The position numbers and the translations under genes were made by a program. A stretch of 64,000 nucleotides of DNA from Pelagomonas calceolata (taxonomy: Eukaryota), in contig CAKKNE010000002.1 in the NCBI GenBank assembly GCA_918797485.1, positions 3,410,001 to 3,474,000 on the forward strand, given 5' to 3'. Shown here piece after piece: positions 52,453-62,627 of the stretch. The notes beneath the pieces were generated by a model. That model made no database searches and was not told the origin of the DNA. It saw only the letters and a list, made by a program, of their open reading frames with translations. Within the stretch, counting starts at the first letter, position 1, and every line of letters begins with the position of its first letter.

Positions 52453-53530
52453 TCAGCCGCCGCCGGCGGCGCCGAGCCACTTCACGGCGGCGGTCGCCGC
52501 GGCGACGGCGCCGGCCGCGCCGGCCGGCGACGCGAGGGCGCCGAGCCCGGCGGCGTGGAGCTCCGTCAGCGGCCCGCGCGCCGCCGCGGCCGCGTGCTTG
52601 ACGTGGACGTAGTCCGGCGCCCGCGGCGGCAGCCGCGCGAGGCGCGCGCCTGCCGCGCGGGCCGCGCGGAGGAACGCGCGGTCCTCGTCGTAGCCTGTGT
52701 GGAAATCAAAATTTTACGGCGCGTTCGTGCTGAATCGTCGCGTCGTCCTCCACGCCATCGACACGACGCCTGCTCGATGGCGTGGTGATGCCTGTTCCTC
52801 GCCGCTCGACCGAGCCAGGACGGCCGCGTCATCGCCGAGAAATGACTTAGTGAAGAATTGTCGGGTGCGCCCGACGCACTGGTTGATTTCCACACAGGTC
52901 GTAGCTCGCGTCCGGGTAGGCGCAGGCGTCGAGGAGCCGTGCGTCGTAGCAGAGGCTCGCGATGGCCTCGTCCAGGAGCTCCGTGCCCCGGCCCAGGTCC
53001 CCGTCCAGCCGGTGGAGCGCCACGCCGGCGAGCCCGCCCCAGGTCATCGTCCGCGCGCGGCCCGCGTCGTCCTCCCAGCGCCACGCGTAGGGCGTCGCCA
53101 CGGTCGCGTCCGCCGCGCCCGCTGCGATCGGCGCCACCTGGCGCGCGAGCCGGTCGGCCCCGTACGCGTCGTCGTCGTCCCACGTCGCGATGACGTCGCA
53201 GCCGAGCGCGTCCCGCAGCTCCGTCGCCGCGCGCTGCCGCTTCGCGCCGATGCTCGCGCGCCGCGGCAGGTGCACGTAGCGCGAGCACGCGAGCGGCGCG
53301 CCCGTGCGGGCCTCGACCGCCCGCCGCGCCGCGTCGCCGGGCGTGTCGTCGACGACGAGCACCTCGGTGCGCGCCGCGGGGTACGTCTGCGCCGCGACGT
53401 TCGCCAGGCAGCGCTCGAGGTAGCGGGGCCGGTCGAAGGTGACGACGGCGACGCCGACCCGCGGTCGCGCTGGTACCCGGACCGCCTCGGGAGATGGCGC
53501 AATGGCGCCTAGGAGCAGCGCGGAGCGCAT
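52453..53530 (-). CDS. Glycosyltransferase family 2 protein; exons 53530-52906 and 52694-52453
   Basis: VVTFDRP, QTYP, LVVDD, SIGAKR, WDDDD; splicing 52905..52695 restores YPDASYDED and an open frame to TGA at 52455-52453. Confidence 0.85.
52695..52897. mobile_element. Introner element IE-2 (forms GC-AG intron 52905..52695)
   Basis: Perfect 15-bp TIR ctgtgtggaaatcaa / ttgatttccacacag; perfect 8-bp TSD gtcgtagc (52687-52694, 52898-52905). Confidence 0.96.
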
Positions 53531-54372
53531 AGCTGTGGTGGCTACGATCGAGCCGTCGACCCACGGATACGCGACTGGTGTCTTAGCTAAGCGTCTGACC
53601 TCTTATGCGTCGGGTCCGGTGAGTGGCTCTCAAATCTCTGAGAGCCTTTTTAAAGGCCGCTGGCCGATGGCGTCGGCGTGTGTACGTGGGCCAGCTGCAC
53701 CTCGCAGCTATAATATATGCAAATCTCGCGCGTGTGCCAGCCTCTGAGATGTAGTCGCGGCGTTTAGTCGCGCAGCCTTGCAGTGCGCTTTTAACTCAGT
53801 AAATTTTCAATAGGGATCTTTCTCGTGCTCGAGGGAGCAATCATTCCACCCTTCGTGCGATTTCTTCCGGCAAAGAAAAACCCGACGCTCGCCCCAGCGG
53901 ACCATCGCTGGTGCAGCGGGCATAGCGTACAGAGGTCCTTAGCGGTGTCTGGAATTGACAAGCTGTGGCGAGTAGAGAGCTGAAGGTGTGGTTGGCGGAG
54001 AATGCAAAAGAGCGGCACGCGGCGACCATGTACGGCGAGCACAAGGCGGCCTCGCTTGCAGCTCTCGCTTTGCCGCCGCGCGGGACGCCACGGCCCTGCG
54101 CGGAGCGAACGAGTGGCACCAGCGGGACGCCGGCACGCCAGCACACACACGGACTGCTGCGAGACGCGCCCGTGGACGGAGAGACGGACGCGCGGCCACG
54201 CCGTCACGCCACGTCGAGCGAAAGCAGACCTCGCGGCGTCGCTGGCGTGGAGGTCGGCGACCAAGGGGAGAGACGACGCCGCCGTCGCGCCAAGCGTACG
54301 GAGATCGCGACCCGCCGCCGGCGCGCAGGTCCGTAGCCACCGGAGGGCGACCCGTAGCGGCGAGAGGACACC

Positions 54373-54852
54373 ATGCCGCACTCGTTCGGCAGCCGCGCGC
54401 GCACGCGCGACATGTTCTCGCGGCCCTTCCGCCAGCGGGGCATGATCAAGATGTCGACGTACATGACCCAGTACAAGCTGGGCGACTACGTCGACATCAA
54501 GTGCAACCCGGCCCAGGTCAAGGGCATGCCCTTCAAGCACTACCACGGCCGCACGGGCCAGGTCTACAACGTCACCAAGCGCGCGGTCGGCGTCCGCGTG
54601 GCCAAGCAGGTCAACGGCCGCATCATCAACAAGCACCTCAACGTGCGCGTGGAGCACGTGATCCCCTCGAAGTGCCGCGACGACCTCAAGGCCCGCGTGG
54701 CGCGGAACGAGGAGCTCAAGAAGGCGGCGCGCGCGGGCGGCGCGCGCGCGGCGCTCAAGCGGCAACCGGCGCAGCCCAAGGGCGGCTTCACGATCGCGCT
54801 GCCCGCGGAGGTCACGACGATCCAGCCCATCCCCTTCTCGGACCTCTTCTGA
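54373..54852 (+). CDS. RPL21: 60S ribosomal protein L21 (eL21)
   Basis: RARTRDMFSRPFR, GDYVDIK, KGMPFKHYHGRTG, NVRVEHV. Confidence 0.96.
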   Translation: MPHSFGSRARTRDMFSRPFRQRGMIKMSTYMTQYKLGDYVDIKCNPAQVKGMPFKHYHGRTGQVYNVTKRAVGVRVAKQVNGRIINKHLNVRVEHVIPSKCRDDLKARVARNEELKKAARAGGARAALKRQPAQPKGGFTIALPAEVTTIQPIPFSDLF

Positions 54853-56072
54853 GGCGCCGCGGCTAAAAAATATAATACTGGTACCCAGAGCGGGAATTAG
54901 GTCTGAGCTTCGCTGTTCGAACGTGCCCCTCGTCTCTCCGGGAAAGGCGGAGGCTTAAGACGAAGTTCCGTGCGATGCATAGGGAAATAGAGTGTGTAGC
55001 TCCGGACTTCCCCGGCAGCGTAGTGTAGTCGTCTAACGAAATAGTTTCTCCCATGTTTGATGGGGGTTGTGACGGGGAATTGCGTCCGTCAATAAAAGTG
55101 ACTCAGGATGATAATAGTTAGGAGTGAGAGGCGACTTCCCCCTACTAAGGGGATATCGGAGTACCCTAGGATGGGAAGTAGCCTAGACGGGTAATACAAG
55201 TACGGGTTGTGCTTGGATACGTCTCGGTTGAACCTTGGGAGATCTCAGGCTCCTACTAGACGTGTATTTCCATTGCATTCCGTATGGGCTGCCACGATCT
55301 ACGGAGCTCGTGTGGCACGCGGGCCTCTTGATGGGGGACGTTTTACCACGCGAGACTGAGAATACTGTATACAGGTACCTTCTTGCTATTTCGGAGCTCC
55401 GGTTGGGCATACGAACATACGCCGAGCGTCACGGCGAAGCGATCTTTGCGTGCGAAATGACCGCCGGTCGACTGCCAGCTCATGGCGACGACGCGCGTCC
55501 GCGTGTCGCGAAAGGCAGCCACTGGTGCCCGCCCGACAACGCCCGCACGTACGCCAGCCGGTACCCGCGCGGCGCGAGCGACGCGTTGGCAGCCGGAGCG
55601 ATACCGATGCATTAACCTCGAGGTCGCCGAAGTCTAAGCTCCTGGCGCAGCATCCGTCGCGACGTCGCGGCGCTCGGAGCCAAGGCATCAAAGTCGAACC
55701 CCATCGTCCCCAGCCCGTTGCGATCGCCCTTTCGCGATCAACTAAGACGCCTAGCCGCACCCCTAGCGATCCCCTAGCGGGCATGCTGACGGTCGCGGTA
55801 CCGTGGTACCCATGGGCGCTAGGTCATGAGTAAGGAAGGAAGGAAGGGAAGGTAGCGCAGTTCAGGCGGCGATTGCAGATATACCCGTAACGCAGGGAGC
55901 TACGCAATTGACCTTCCCAAAGTAACTCAGGGATAGGCGGCCTAGCCGCCCGGAGTTCACCAGTCTAAATCTACTGTACTAGTTGAAGAGGAAAGAAACG
56001 AGCGCAAGCTTAGCCTAGAACGGGCGCAAACGACGCCGTCGACGAAGTCTCTAGGGTTTTGGCGGCGTAAAA

Positions 56073-57020
56073 ATGGGCCGCACGCACGCCACTCCGTCGA
56101 TGAGGACGCGTCGCGCGCTGCTCGCGCTGCTGGCCGGCCTGCTGGGCGCCGCGGCGCTGGTGGTCGGCGCGCTCCGCGCGCAGCTGGGCGTGGACCCGCG
56201 CCTCGCGGCCCGGCCGGCGCGCCCCGCCGGCGCGCGCGGCTGCTCCGTGCGCGTGAACACGTTCCGGCGCAACGACCTGCTGGCGGGCTTCGTGGAGCAC
56301 TACGAGCGCTGCGAGGCCGCCGCCGAGATCGTCGTCGTCTGGTCGGACCCGGCGAACGCGCCGCCGCGCTGGCTCGCGCGGCGGAGGGCGCGGGGGGGGG
56401 CGGCGCCGCTGCGCGTGGAGCGCTTCGCGGAGGACTCGCTGAACAACCGCTTCGCGCTGCAGCGGCGGCCCGCGGCGGACGCGGTCTTCTCGGTCGACGA
56501 CGACGTGATCCTGGCCTGCGCCGACCTGCGGCGCCTCGTGGACGCGTGGGCCGCGGCGCCGGCGAACATGGCCGGCGTCGCGCCGCGGCTCGTCGCGCGC
56601 GACGCGCGGACGCGGCGCTGGCGCTACCTGCGGAGCTGGCACGTCTGGTGGACGGGCCGCTTCTCGCTCGTGCTCACCAAGGCCGCCGTGCTGCACCGCG
56701 ACCACTTCGCCGCCTACCGGGCCCCGGCGCTCGCCGCCGCGCGGGCGCGCGTCGACGCGGGCCGGAACTGCGAGGACCTGCTGATGGCCTGCGTCGTCGC
56801 GAACGCGACGCGCGCGCCGCCGCTCTGGGTGTCGGCGCGCTACGTCGACCGCGGCCAGGCGCTGCTTGGGCTCGGGGGCCACCAGGGCATCTCCGCGGCC
56901 GCCGGCCACGTCGCGGCGCGCGGCGAGTGCCTGGACGCGTTCGCCGGCCCGTTCGGGGGTCTGCCGCTCGCGACCGGCGCGGCGAAGCTCTCAGACGCGC
57001 GCGCCGCCTGGCTCTGGTAG
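56073..57020 (+). CDS. Glycosyltransferase family 64 (EXTL2/EPC1-like); start may be 56100
   Basis: Type II TM anchor; IVVVWS, SLNNRF, SVDDD, SLVLTKAAVLH, RNCEDLLM, RGECL. Confidence 0.9.
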   Translation: MGRTHATPSMRTRRALLALLAGLLGAAALVVGALRAQLGVDPRLAARPARPAGARGCSVRVNTFRRNDLLAGFVEHYERCEAAAEIVVVWSDPANAPPRWLARRRARGGAAPLRVERFAEDSLNNRFALQRRPAADAVFSVDDDVILACADLRRLVDAWAAAPANMAGVAPRLVARDARTRRWRYLRSWHVWWTGRFSLVLTKAAVLHRDHFAAYRAPALAAARARVDAGRNCEDLLMACVVANATRAPPLWVSARYVDRGQALLGLGGHQGISAAAGHVAARGECLDAFAGPFGGLPLATGAAKLSDARAAWLW

Positions 57021-57454
57021 GAGATGGGAGTCGACGTGTGACTTGTGTGGCCTCTTTGTCATCTGGTGAGTAAGGACCTCAACGTACTACAAGTAGGCCC
57101 ACTGGCAGAGACAGGCAAAACGCATTCCCGTAGTATCGTCCGGGGACCCCCCGCCATCTTACATCCTCTAGAGGGACCCAAATAAGTCGGAGTTGGTACT
57201 TGCGCGGGAACAAACGGATCGGGTGGTGCGAAGCTATGGTTGAGGGCTCGAAAAAAAACAAATACCGTTTTGCATTTAATTAAAAATTTGCCCGGGCCTA
57301 GGCGCGGCTTCCAGGGCTCCCCCGTAGGAAATCTGCTAGCGGCATGTACCATGTAAACAGGTAAGACACTGGGCATCCCTAGCAAAGCAAGCGTAGCAAG
57401 CAGCACACCTCAAAATCAGCCTGGTGACACCTTGCTCTCTCCGTTTTCAACTGC

Positions 57455-58813
57455 ATGCTAGGCCGGATAGCGCTTGTCCTGGCCGCGGTCGCGCGGGCCC
57501 TGCGGCTGCGCGCAGGGCCGCCGCTGGCGCCGGTGCGCCGGGCGCTCGGCGCCGCGGCCTGCGCCGCGGCCCTGGCGCCGCCGCTGACGGGGCCGGCCGT
57601 CGCCGCGCCGCCCGCCGCGGAGCCGGACGCGCCGGCGGCGGCGCGGCGCCTCGTGGAGGAGGCCTACGACCTGCTGGACAAGTACTACTACGACGGCGAC
57701 TCGCTCGCGGCGCCGCGGTGGCGCGGCGCACGGGAGCGGTACGCCCGCGCGGCGCAGCAGAAGCCGCGGGCGGCGCCGGCGTTCCGGGCGGAGGCGCTCA
57801 AGGCCCTCGACGCGGACCGGTACACGCGCATCGTTGACGAGCGGACGTACGCGGCCATCTCGCGCTTCGACATCCTGGGCGTCGGCCTCATCCTCGCGCC
57901 GGGGCCGGACGGCCGCGCGGCGGTCGCGAGCCCGCCGCTGCCCGGCGGGGCGGCGCAGCGGGAGGGCTCCATCCGGCAGGGCGACGTCGTCGACACGATC
58001 GACGGCGTCAAGACGGGCGGCAAGTCGTCCTTCGAGCTCCTCGAGATCGTGGACCGGGCCGCGGACGCGGGCCGGGCGACGTTCGGCGTCGTGGGGGCGG
58101 GCGACCGCACGCCGCGGCTCGTGACGCTCGAGCGGACGGTGCGGTCCGTCGGCGACCCCGTGCGCGCGGCGCGGGGGCCCGCCGACGGCGTCGGCTACGT
58201 GCGGCTGGGGGAGTTCAACTCGCGGACGGCCGACCGGCTCGCCGAGGTCCTGCGCGACCTCGCCGCGCGCGGCGCGGCGCGCTTCGTCGTCGACCTCCGG
58301 GGCAACGGCGGCGGCGCCTTCCAGGAGGCCGTGGCCGCCGCCTCGCTCTTCCTCGACGACGGCGCGCCCGTCGTGACTGTCGTCGAGCGGTCCGGCGGCG
58401 GCGGCGGCGCGGACCGCCGCGAGACCTTCGCCGCGAAGGCGCCGCCGCCCGCGCGCCGCGCCTTCGCCGCCGCCGCGCCGCCGCCGCGCGTCCAGCTCTG
58501 GCTCGACGGCGGCACCGCGTCCGCCTCCGAGATCTTCGCCGGCGCGCTGCGCGACAACTGCGCCGCGGCGCTCGCGGGCCGGCCGAGCTTCGGCAAGGGC
58601 AAGATCCAGGCCGTCTTCGGCCTCGCGGACGACTCGGGCCTCATCGTCACCGTGGCCAACTACCTCACGCCCGCCGGCACCGCCATCCAGGGCGTCGGCC
58701 TCACGCCCGAGGCGGGGCTGCGCGGCCCGGGCCTGGGCCTCCTCGAGCCGCCCCTCCCGTCGGCGGCGCAGTTCGACGACGCCTGGGACCACCGGGTGTG
58801 TGCCACGAAATAA
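57455..58813 (+). CDS. ctpA: C-terminal processing protease (S41A, CtpA-like), probably plastid-targeted
   Basis: PDZ GVGL, VGYVRLGEFN, DLRGNGGG, TASASE (Ser), FGKGKIQ (Lys), YLTP; bipartite-like presequence. Confidence 0.88.
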   Translation: MLGRIALVLAAVARALRLRAGPPLAPVRRALGAAACAAALAPPLTGPAVAAPPAAEPDAPAAARRLVEEAYDLLDKYYYDGDSLAAPRWRGARERYARAAQQKPRAAPAFRAEALKALDADRYTRIVDERTYAAISRFDILGVGLILAPGPDGRAAVASPPLPGGAAQREGSIRQGDVVDTIDGVKTGGKSSFELLEIVDRAADAGRATFGVVGAGDRTPRLVTLERTVRSVGDPVRAARGPADGVGYVRLGEFNSRTADRLAEVLRDLAARGAARFVVDLRGNGGGAFQEAVAAASLFLDDGAPVVTVVERSGGGGGADRRETFAAKAPPPARRAFAAAAPPPRVQLWLDGGTASASEIFAGALRDNCAAALAGRPSFGKGKIQAVFGLADDSGLIVTVANYLTPAGTAIQGVGLTPEAGLRGPGLGLLEPPLPSAAQFDDAWDHRVCATK

Positions 58814-58907
58814 AAAATTCTACGAACACTCTGTCACTGGCACGGTTGGTTGTTTGACTGAAGTTACTTTCCCAGAGAGAGTAGGGGGTGGGGTTTTTGG
58901 CAGTGTC

Positions 58908-59110
58908 GGGGCTGATCGCCCCTTCCCCTTCCATTGAAGTTCCAAAAAAGCCACCCCCGTGGGGCTGATCGCCCCGTCTAGCCCCGAGTTTCCCATTTTG
59001 ATTATCGCCAAAATTTCGCCAAAAAGTTCAACATAATAATTTTTGCCAACGCCCCTTTTGACCACCGCCCCCCTTTTTGACCACCGCCCTTTTGACCAAC
59101 CCCCCTTTTT
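58908..59110. repeat. Short internal repeats in an AT-richer intergenic segment
   Basis: ggggctgatcgcccc twice; cccttttgacca-type unit three times. Confidence 0.7.
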
Positions 59111-59656
59111 CATGTTGACGTCACCGCAAAAAGCAGAAAAGCAAAAAAGCCTCAGGCTGTTTTTCTAACCCCCTAACATGTAGTCAGTTTAGATTTTTTA
59201 ATTATGAGGGACGTTGAGGGCGGTGTGATAGGGACCGTCCCGCTGTCTCCTGCTGGGTTGTGGCAGATTTTGGCGAACCCACTATACTCTCTCGTTGGAA
59301 CCGGCACCTGGCAGGGTTTCAATGACGTTTAGTAACGAAATGTCACTGGCAGAAGTAATAAAGGAAAATTTTTAATCTCTGACAATTCATCCACAGAAAA
59401 CTGAATGTATTTGTACTCATACTATTTGTGAGCCTTGATGTGGGCGCTCATCGTGATCGGTGTCGGAACCTCGGGGTGTGGCGGGGGGCGCGACGGGCGC
59501 TGCGGTCACGCAGGGAGGGAGGGGTTGGCTCCGCGGCCAGGCGGCTAGCTCTAGGCAAAGCACATAAATGATCAGTGGCCCCGGCGGGCAGATGGAGTCC
59601 TCGCCATCCCAACGAAAATACCGACTCCATGCTTACTCGGCCACTGGCATCCCGTC

Positions 59657-61759
59657 CTAAACGAGTTCATCCTCGAGGTACGCGTATTCGAAGGTGAAGT
59701 CTGACTTGATGCGCTGGCACCAGCCGGTCTCGTAGTCGAAGTATACGTACGTGCCCTGCTCGAAGGCGTCCGTCGTGGCCTTGGGCTCCTCGTGACGCTG
59801 GAACCACGTCATGTACTTCTTGTGGTAGCGCCAGGACTGCTTCTTGAGCTCGCGCGCGGCGAGGTACTGCTGGTACGTGCCCTGCTGGTAGTAGAACACG
59901 AAGAAGAGCGTGTCCGTGCCGAGGCGCGCGAAGACGGCCGCGCCGTCGAAGACGGCCGCGGGCTGCGTCGGGAAGGCGGCGGGCGTCGCGTAGGGGTTCC
60001 GCGGCACGTACTGCCGCGGCCGCTCGGCGTCGCGCTTGCGCGGCGCGCGGCGCATCGACAGCGCGAGCGCTGCGAGGCGCCGCGCCTCGGCCGCCGCGCG
60101 GTGCGCGCGCAGGTCGTCCGCCGAGGCCGCGCCGGCGCCCGGCGGCGGCGGCGGCGGCGCGCGCGCGTCGAGGAGGCGCGCGTACGTGTCGTCCGCGGCC
60201 GCGGGGTCCGTGCGGTCGAGGAGCGGCTCGAGCGAGGCGCCCGGCGCGAAGCACGCGTCGACGCCCGGCGCCGGCGCCGGCGCGGCGCCCGCCGCCGCCG
60301 TCGCCGGCGCGGCTGCCGCCGCCGCCGCGGGGGGCGCTGCGGGCGCGGGCCCGATCGCCGGCGCGGCCGCCGCCCCCGCCGCCGCGCCGCCACCGCCGCC
60401 GCCCCGTGCGAGGCGCGCGAGGAGGGCCGCGTCGCCGCCGGCCGCCGGCGGCGCGGCCGCCGCCGCGCGGCCGCTGGCCGCGTAGGGCGCGTAGCCGCCG
60501 GCCGCGCCGGCGGCGCCCGGCGGCGCCGGCGCGGCGCCCGGCGGCAGCGCCTGGCGCGCGGCGGCGGCGAACGGCGCCGCCGTCGCCGGCCGTGGCGCCG
60601 GGCGGTCCGTGCGCTGCTTGAGGATGGCGGCGAGGCTCGAGCCGCCCGGCGCCGCGGCGGCCGGCGGCGCCGCCGGCGCCGGCGCCGCCGGGGCCTTGGC
60701 GGGCGCGGCGGGCGCGGCGGGCGCCGCGGCCCGCTTGGCCGCCGGCGCCGGCGCCGGCGCCGCCGGCGCCGGCGGCTTCGAGGCGACGGCGCGCCCGATC
60801 GTCAGCGGCACCGCCTGGACCGGCTTCGCCTTGGCCGCGCGCGCGAGGCGCTTCTCCTCGCGCTCGCGCTCCTTGAGCAGCGCGCGGTCGCGCTTGCGTC
60901 GCGCCTTGGCGTCGAGGCCGTCGTCGTCGTCGGCGGGCGCGCCGCCGCCGCGCGCGACCGCGCCCTCGTCGCGGGCCTCGCGCGGCGCGCCGAGCTCGAG
61001 GCCCTCGAAGATGTCCATGGTCTCGTCGTACGCGTCCGCGAAGTCGGGCTCCTGGTTGGCGTCGATGTAGTACTCGACGTCCTCGCGCACCTCGTCGACG
61101 CGCTCGGGCGTCAGGACGCTGTTGTCCAGGAGCCGCGCGATCTGCTCGAGGCGCGCGACGTGCCACTTGTGGCGCCGCACGCTCGCCTCGAGGGCCTCGA
61201 CCTCGGCGCGGTGCTTCTTCGCGCCGCGGCCCGCCGAGAGGCGCTCGACGTCGGCCTCGGCCGCGTCGACCTGCGCGCCGAGGCGGTCCGCCGCGTCGCG
61301 GAGCCAGGCGCGCGTGCTCCGCCGGGCCGCCTCGTGCGGGTCGACGCGCGCCTCGCGCGCGAGGCCCTCCTTCGAGTACGTCTTGGTCTTGGTCTCCTTC
61401 TCGCAGACCTTGAACTGCTCCATCTTCGTCTCGATGAGCTTCCGCGCCGTCGCGAGCGCGCGCTTGTCCTTGACCTGCGCGGAAGACAACCGGGGCTCCG
61501 GCGCGCGTAACGTAACAGAAATTGCCCGCGTCGCGGCGCGGCGGCCGACGTCGCTCGACGCCGCCCACGTCTTGATCTGGTCGCGGTGCCGCTGCAGCTT
61601 CTTGATCTCCTTCTTGAGGTCGACCTCGTACTTCTCCTTCTGGTTCTGCTGCGTCGCGCTGTAGACCTTGTCCCACACCTCGTCGAAGACCTCCACGCCC
61701 TCCTCGACCTTCTTGAGCGTGCGGTCGATCTCCGTCTGGAGCTTGCGGTTGGCGCTCAT
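59657..61759 (-). CDS. NOT3: CCR4-NOT subunit Not3/Not5; in-frame 75-nt intron 61549..61475
   Basis: RKLQTEIDRTLKKVEEG, LKKEIKKLQR, EKETKTK; C-terminal NOT-box DTLFFVFYYQQGTYQQYLAARELKKQSWRYHKKY; intron GTCGGC..CCGCGCAG removes 25 non-conserved residues. Confidence 0.94.
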   Translation of the reverse strand: MSANRKLQTEIDRTLKKVEEGVEVFDEVWDKVYSATQQNQKEKYEVDLKKEIKKLQRHRDQIKTWAASSDVGRRAATRAISVTLRAPEPRLSSAQVKDKRALATARKLIETKMEQFKVCEKETKTKTYSKEGLAREARVDPHEAARRSTRAWLRDAADRLGAQVDAAEADVERLSAGRGAKKHRAEVEALEASVRRHKWHVARLEQIARLLDNSVLTPERVDEVREDVEYYIDANQEPDFADAYDETMDIFEGLELGAPREARDEGAVARGGGAPADDDDGLDAKARRKRDRALLKEREREEKRLARAAKAKPVQAVPLTIGRAVASKPPAPAAPAPAPAAKRAAAPAAPAAPAKAPAAPAPAAPPAAAAPGGSSLAAILKQRTDRPAPRPATAAPFAAAARQALPPGAAPAPPGAAGAAGGYAPYAASGRAAAAAPPAAGGDAALLARLARGGGGGGAAAGAAAAPAIGPAPAAPPAAAAAAAPATAAAGAAPAPAPGVDACFAPGASLEPLLDRTDPAAADDTYARLLDARAPPPPPPGAGAASADDLRAHRAAAEARRLAALALSMRRAPRKRDAERPRQYVPRNPYATPAAFPTQPAAVFDGAAVFARLGTDTLFFVFYYQQGTYQQYLAARELKKQSWRYHKKYMTWFQRHEEPKATTDAFEQGTYVYFDYETGWCQRIKSDFTFEYAYLEDELV

Positions 61760-62141
61760 GGTGATCGCTCTCGGCTTGAGCTCTAAAAGGACTTGATAGT
61801 AGAGAACCCGAACTCACCCTAGGGGGTCCGAGCCTCGGTTGATCAGGAAGCGTCTTCAGGAAGCAAAGCTAGCTAGCGTTGAGATGTTACTGCTGCTCCA
61901 CACCTAAGGCTTGAGCGCGAGCTCGTTTTAGCCGCCTAGTGTGTTCCGCTAGACCCAAGTTAACATAAAAAATATAATGTTCGGAAATCGCCGTAGCTCT
62001 CCCAGCCGCTATTAGCCTTCTTAGAACCCTCTGTATGATCGATATAAGTTGTATTGAATTTTCTTCTCCCGCAGACAGCGTCTCCAACGGTCTCTGCGAT
62101 GCAAAGCTCCACGTCCATAAACACACGTGCCTCCTACGAAA

Positions 62142-62257
62142 CTACTTGAAGGCAACTTCACCCAACATATTAACCTACTTGAAGGCAACTTGACCCCCAA
62201 ACTAACCTACTTGAGGTCAAGTTGCCTCTAACCTCAATCCTAACACTTTAATCCTAA
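62142..62257. repeat. 32-33 bp period tandem repeat with an inverted terminal half-unit and a telomere-like tail
   Basis: ctacttgaaggcaactt at 62142 and 62175, ctacttga at 62207, then tcaagttgcct (reverse complement of aggcaacttga). Confidence 0.7.
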
Positions 62258-62627
62258 GGGACGGGTTTTGACGCAATTCAATTTAGGGCAGGAATTGGCG
62301 CCAAAAAAAAGAAGACGCAGGTTAGGAGAGGCCGTTGGGTGGTCAACGGCGTGTGATTTCACACCCGTTGCCAGTCAACACACTCTCTCTCATATAATCG
62401 TTCAAGGAACTCGCCACGTTCTTTCTTCTCGGAGGCCTTGTATATGTACGGGAGGGAAAATCGAGGACGCCAAGGACTTCTGCTTAAACCGCTTGGCAGT
62501 CTTCCGCCCCGCGCGGGCCCGGGGCTTCCCAGGGGAGTAGACCGAGCGGTAAAGGAGGTCTCGGGGCTGCCGCCCGCCCGGGGGACTTCGGAGACGTCGG
62601 CCGCGTGTTGGCAGGCCCGGGTACTTA

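Noticed and set aside
62142..62230. Repeat-spacer pattern resembling a mini CRISPR array
   Set aside because: Only 2-3 units of ~17 bp with similar ~15-bp spacers, no cas genes, eukaryotic context.
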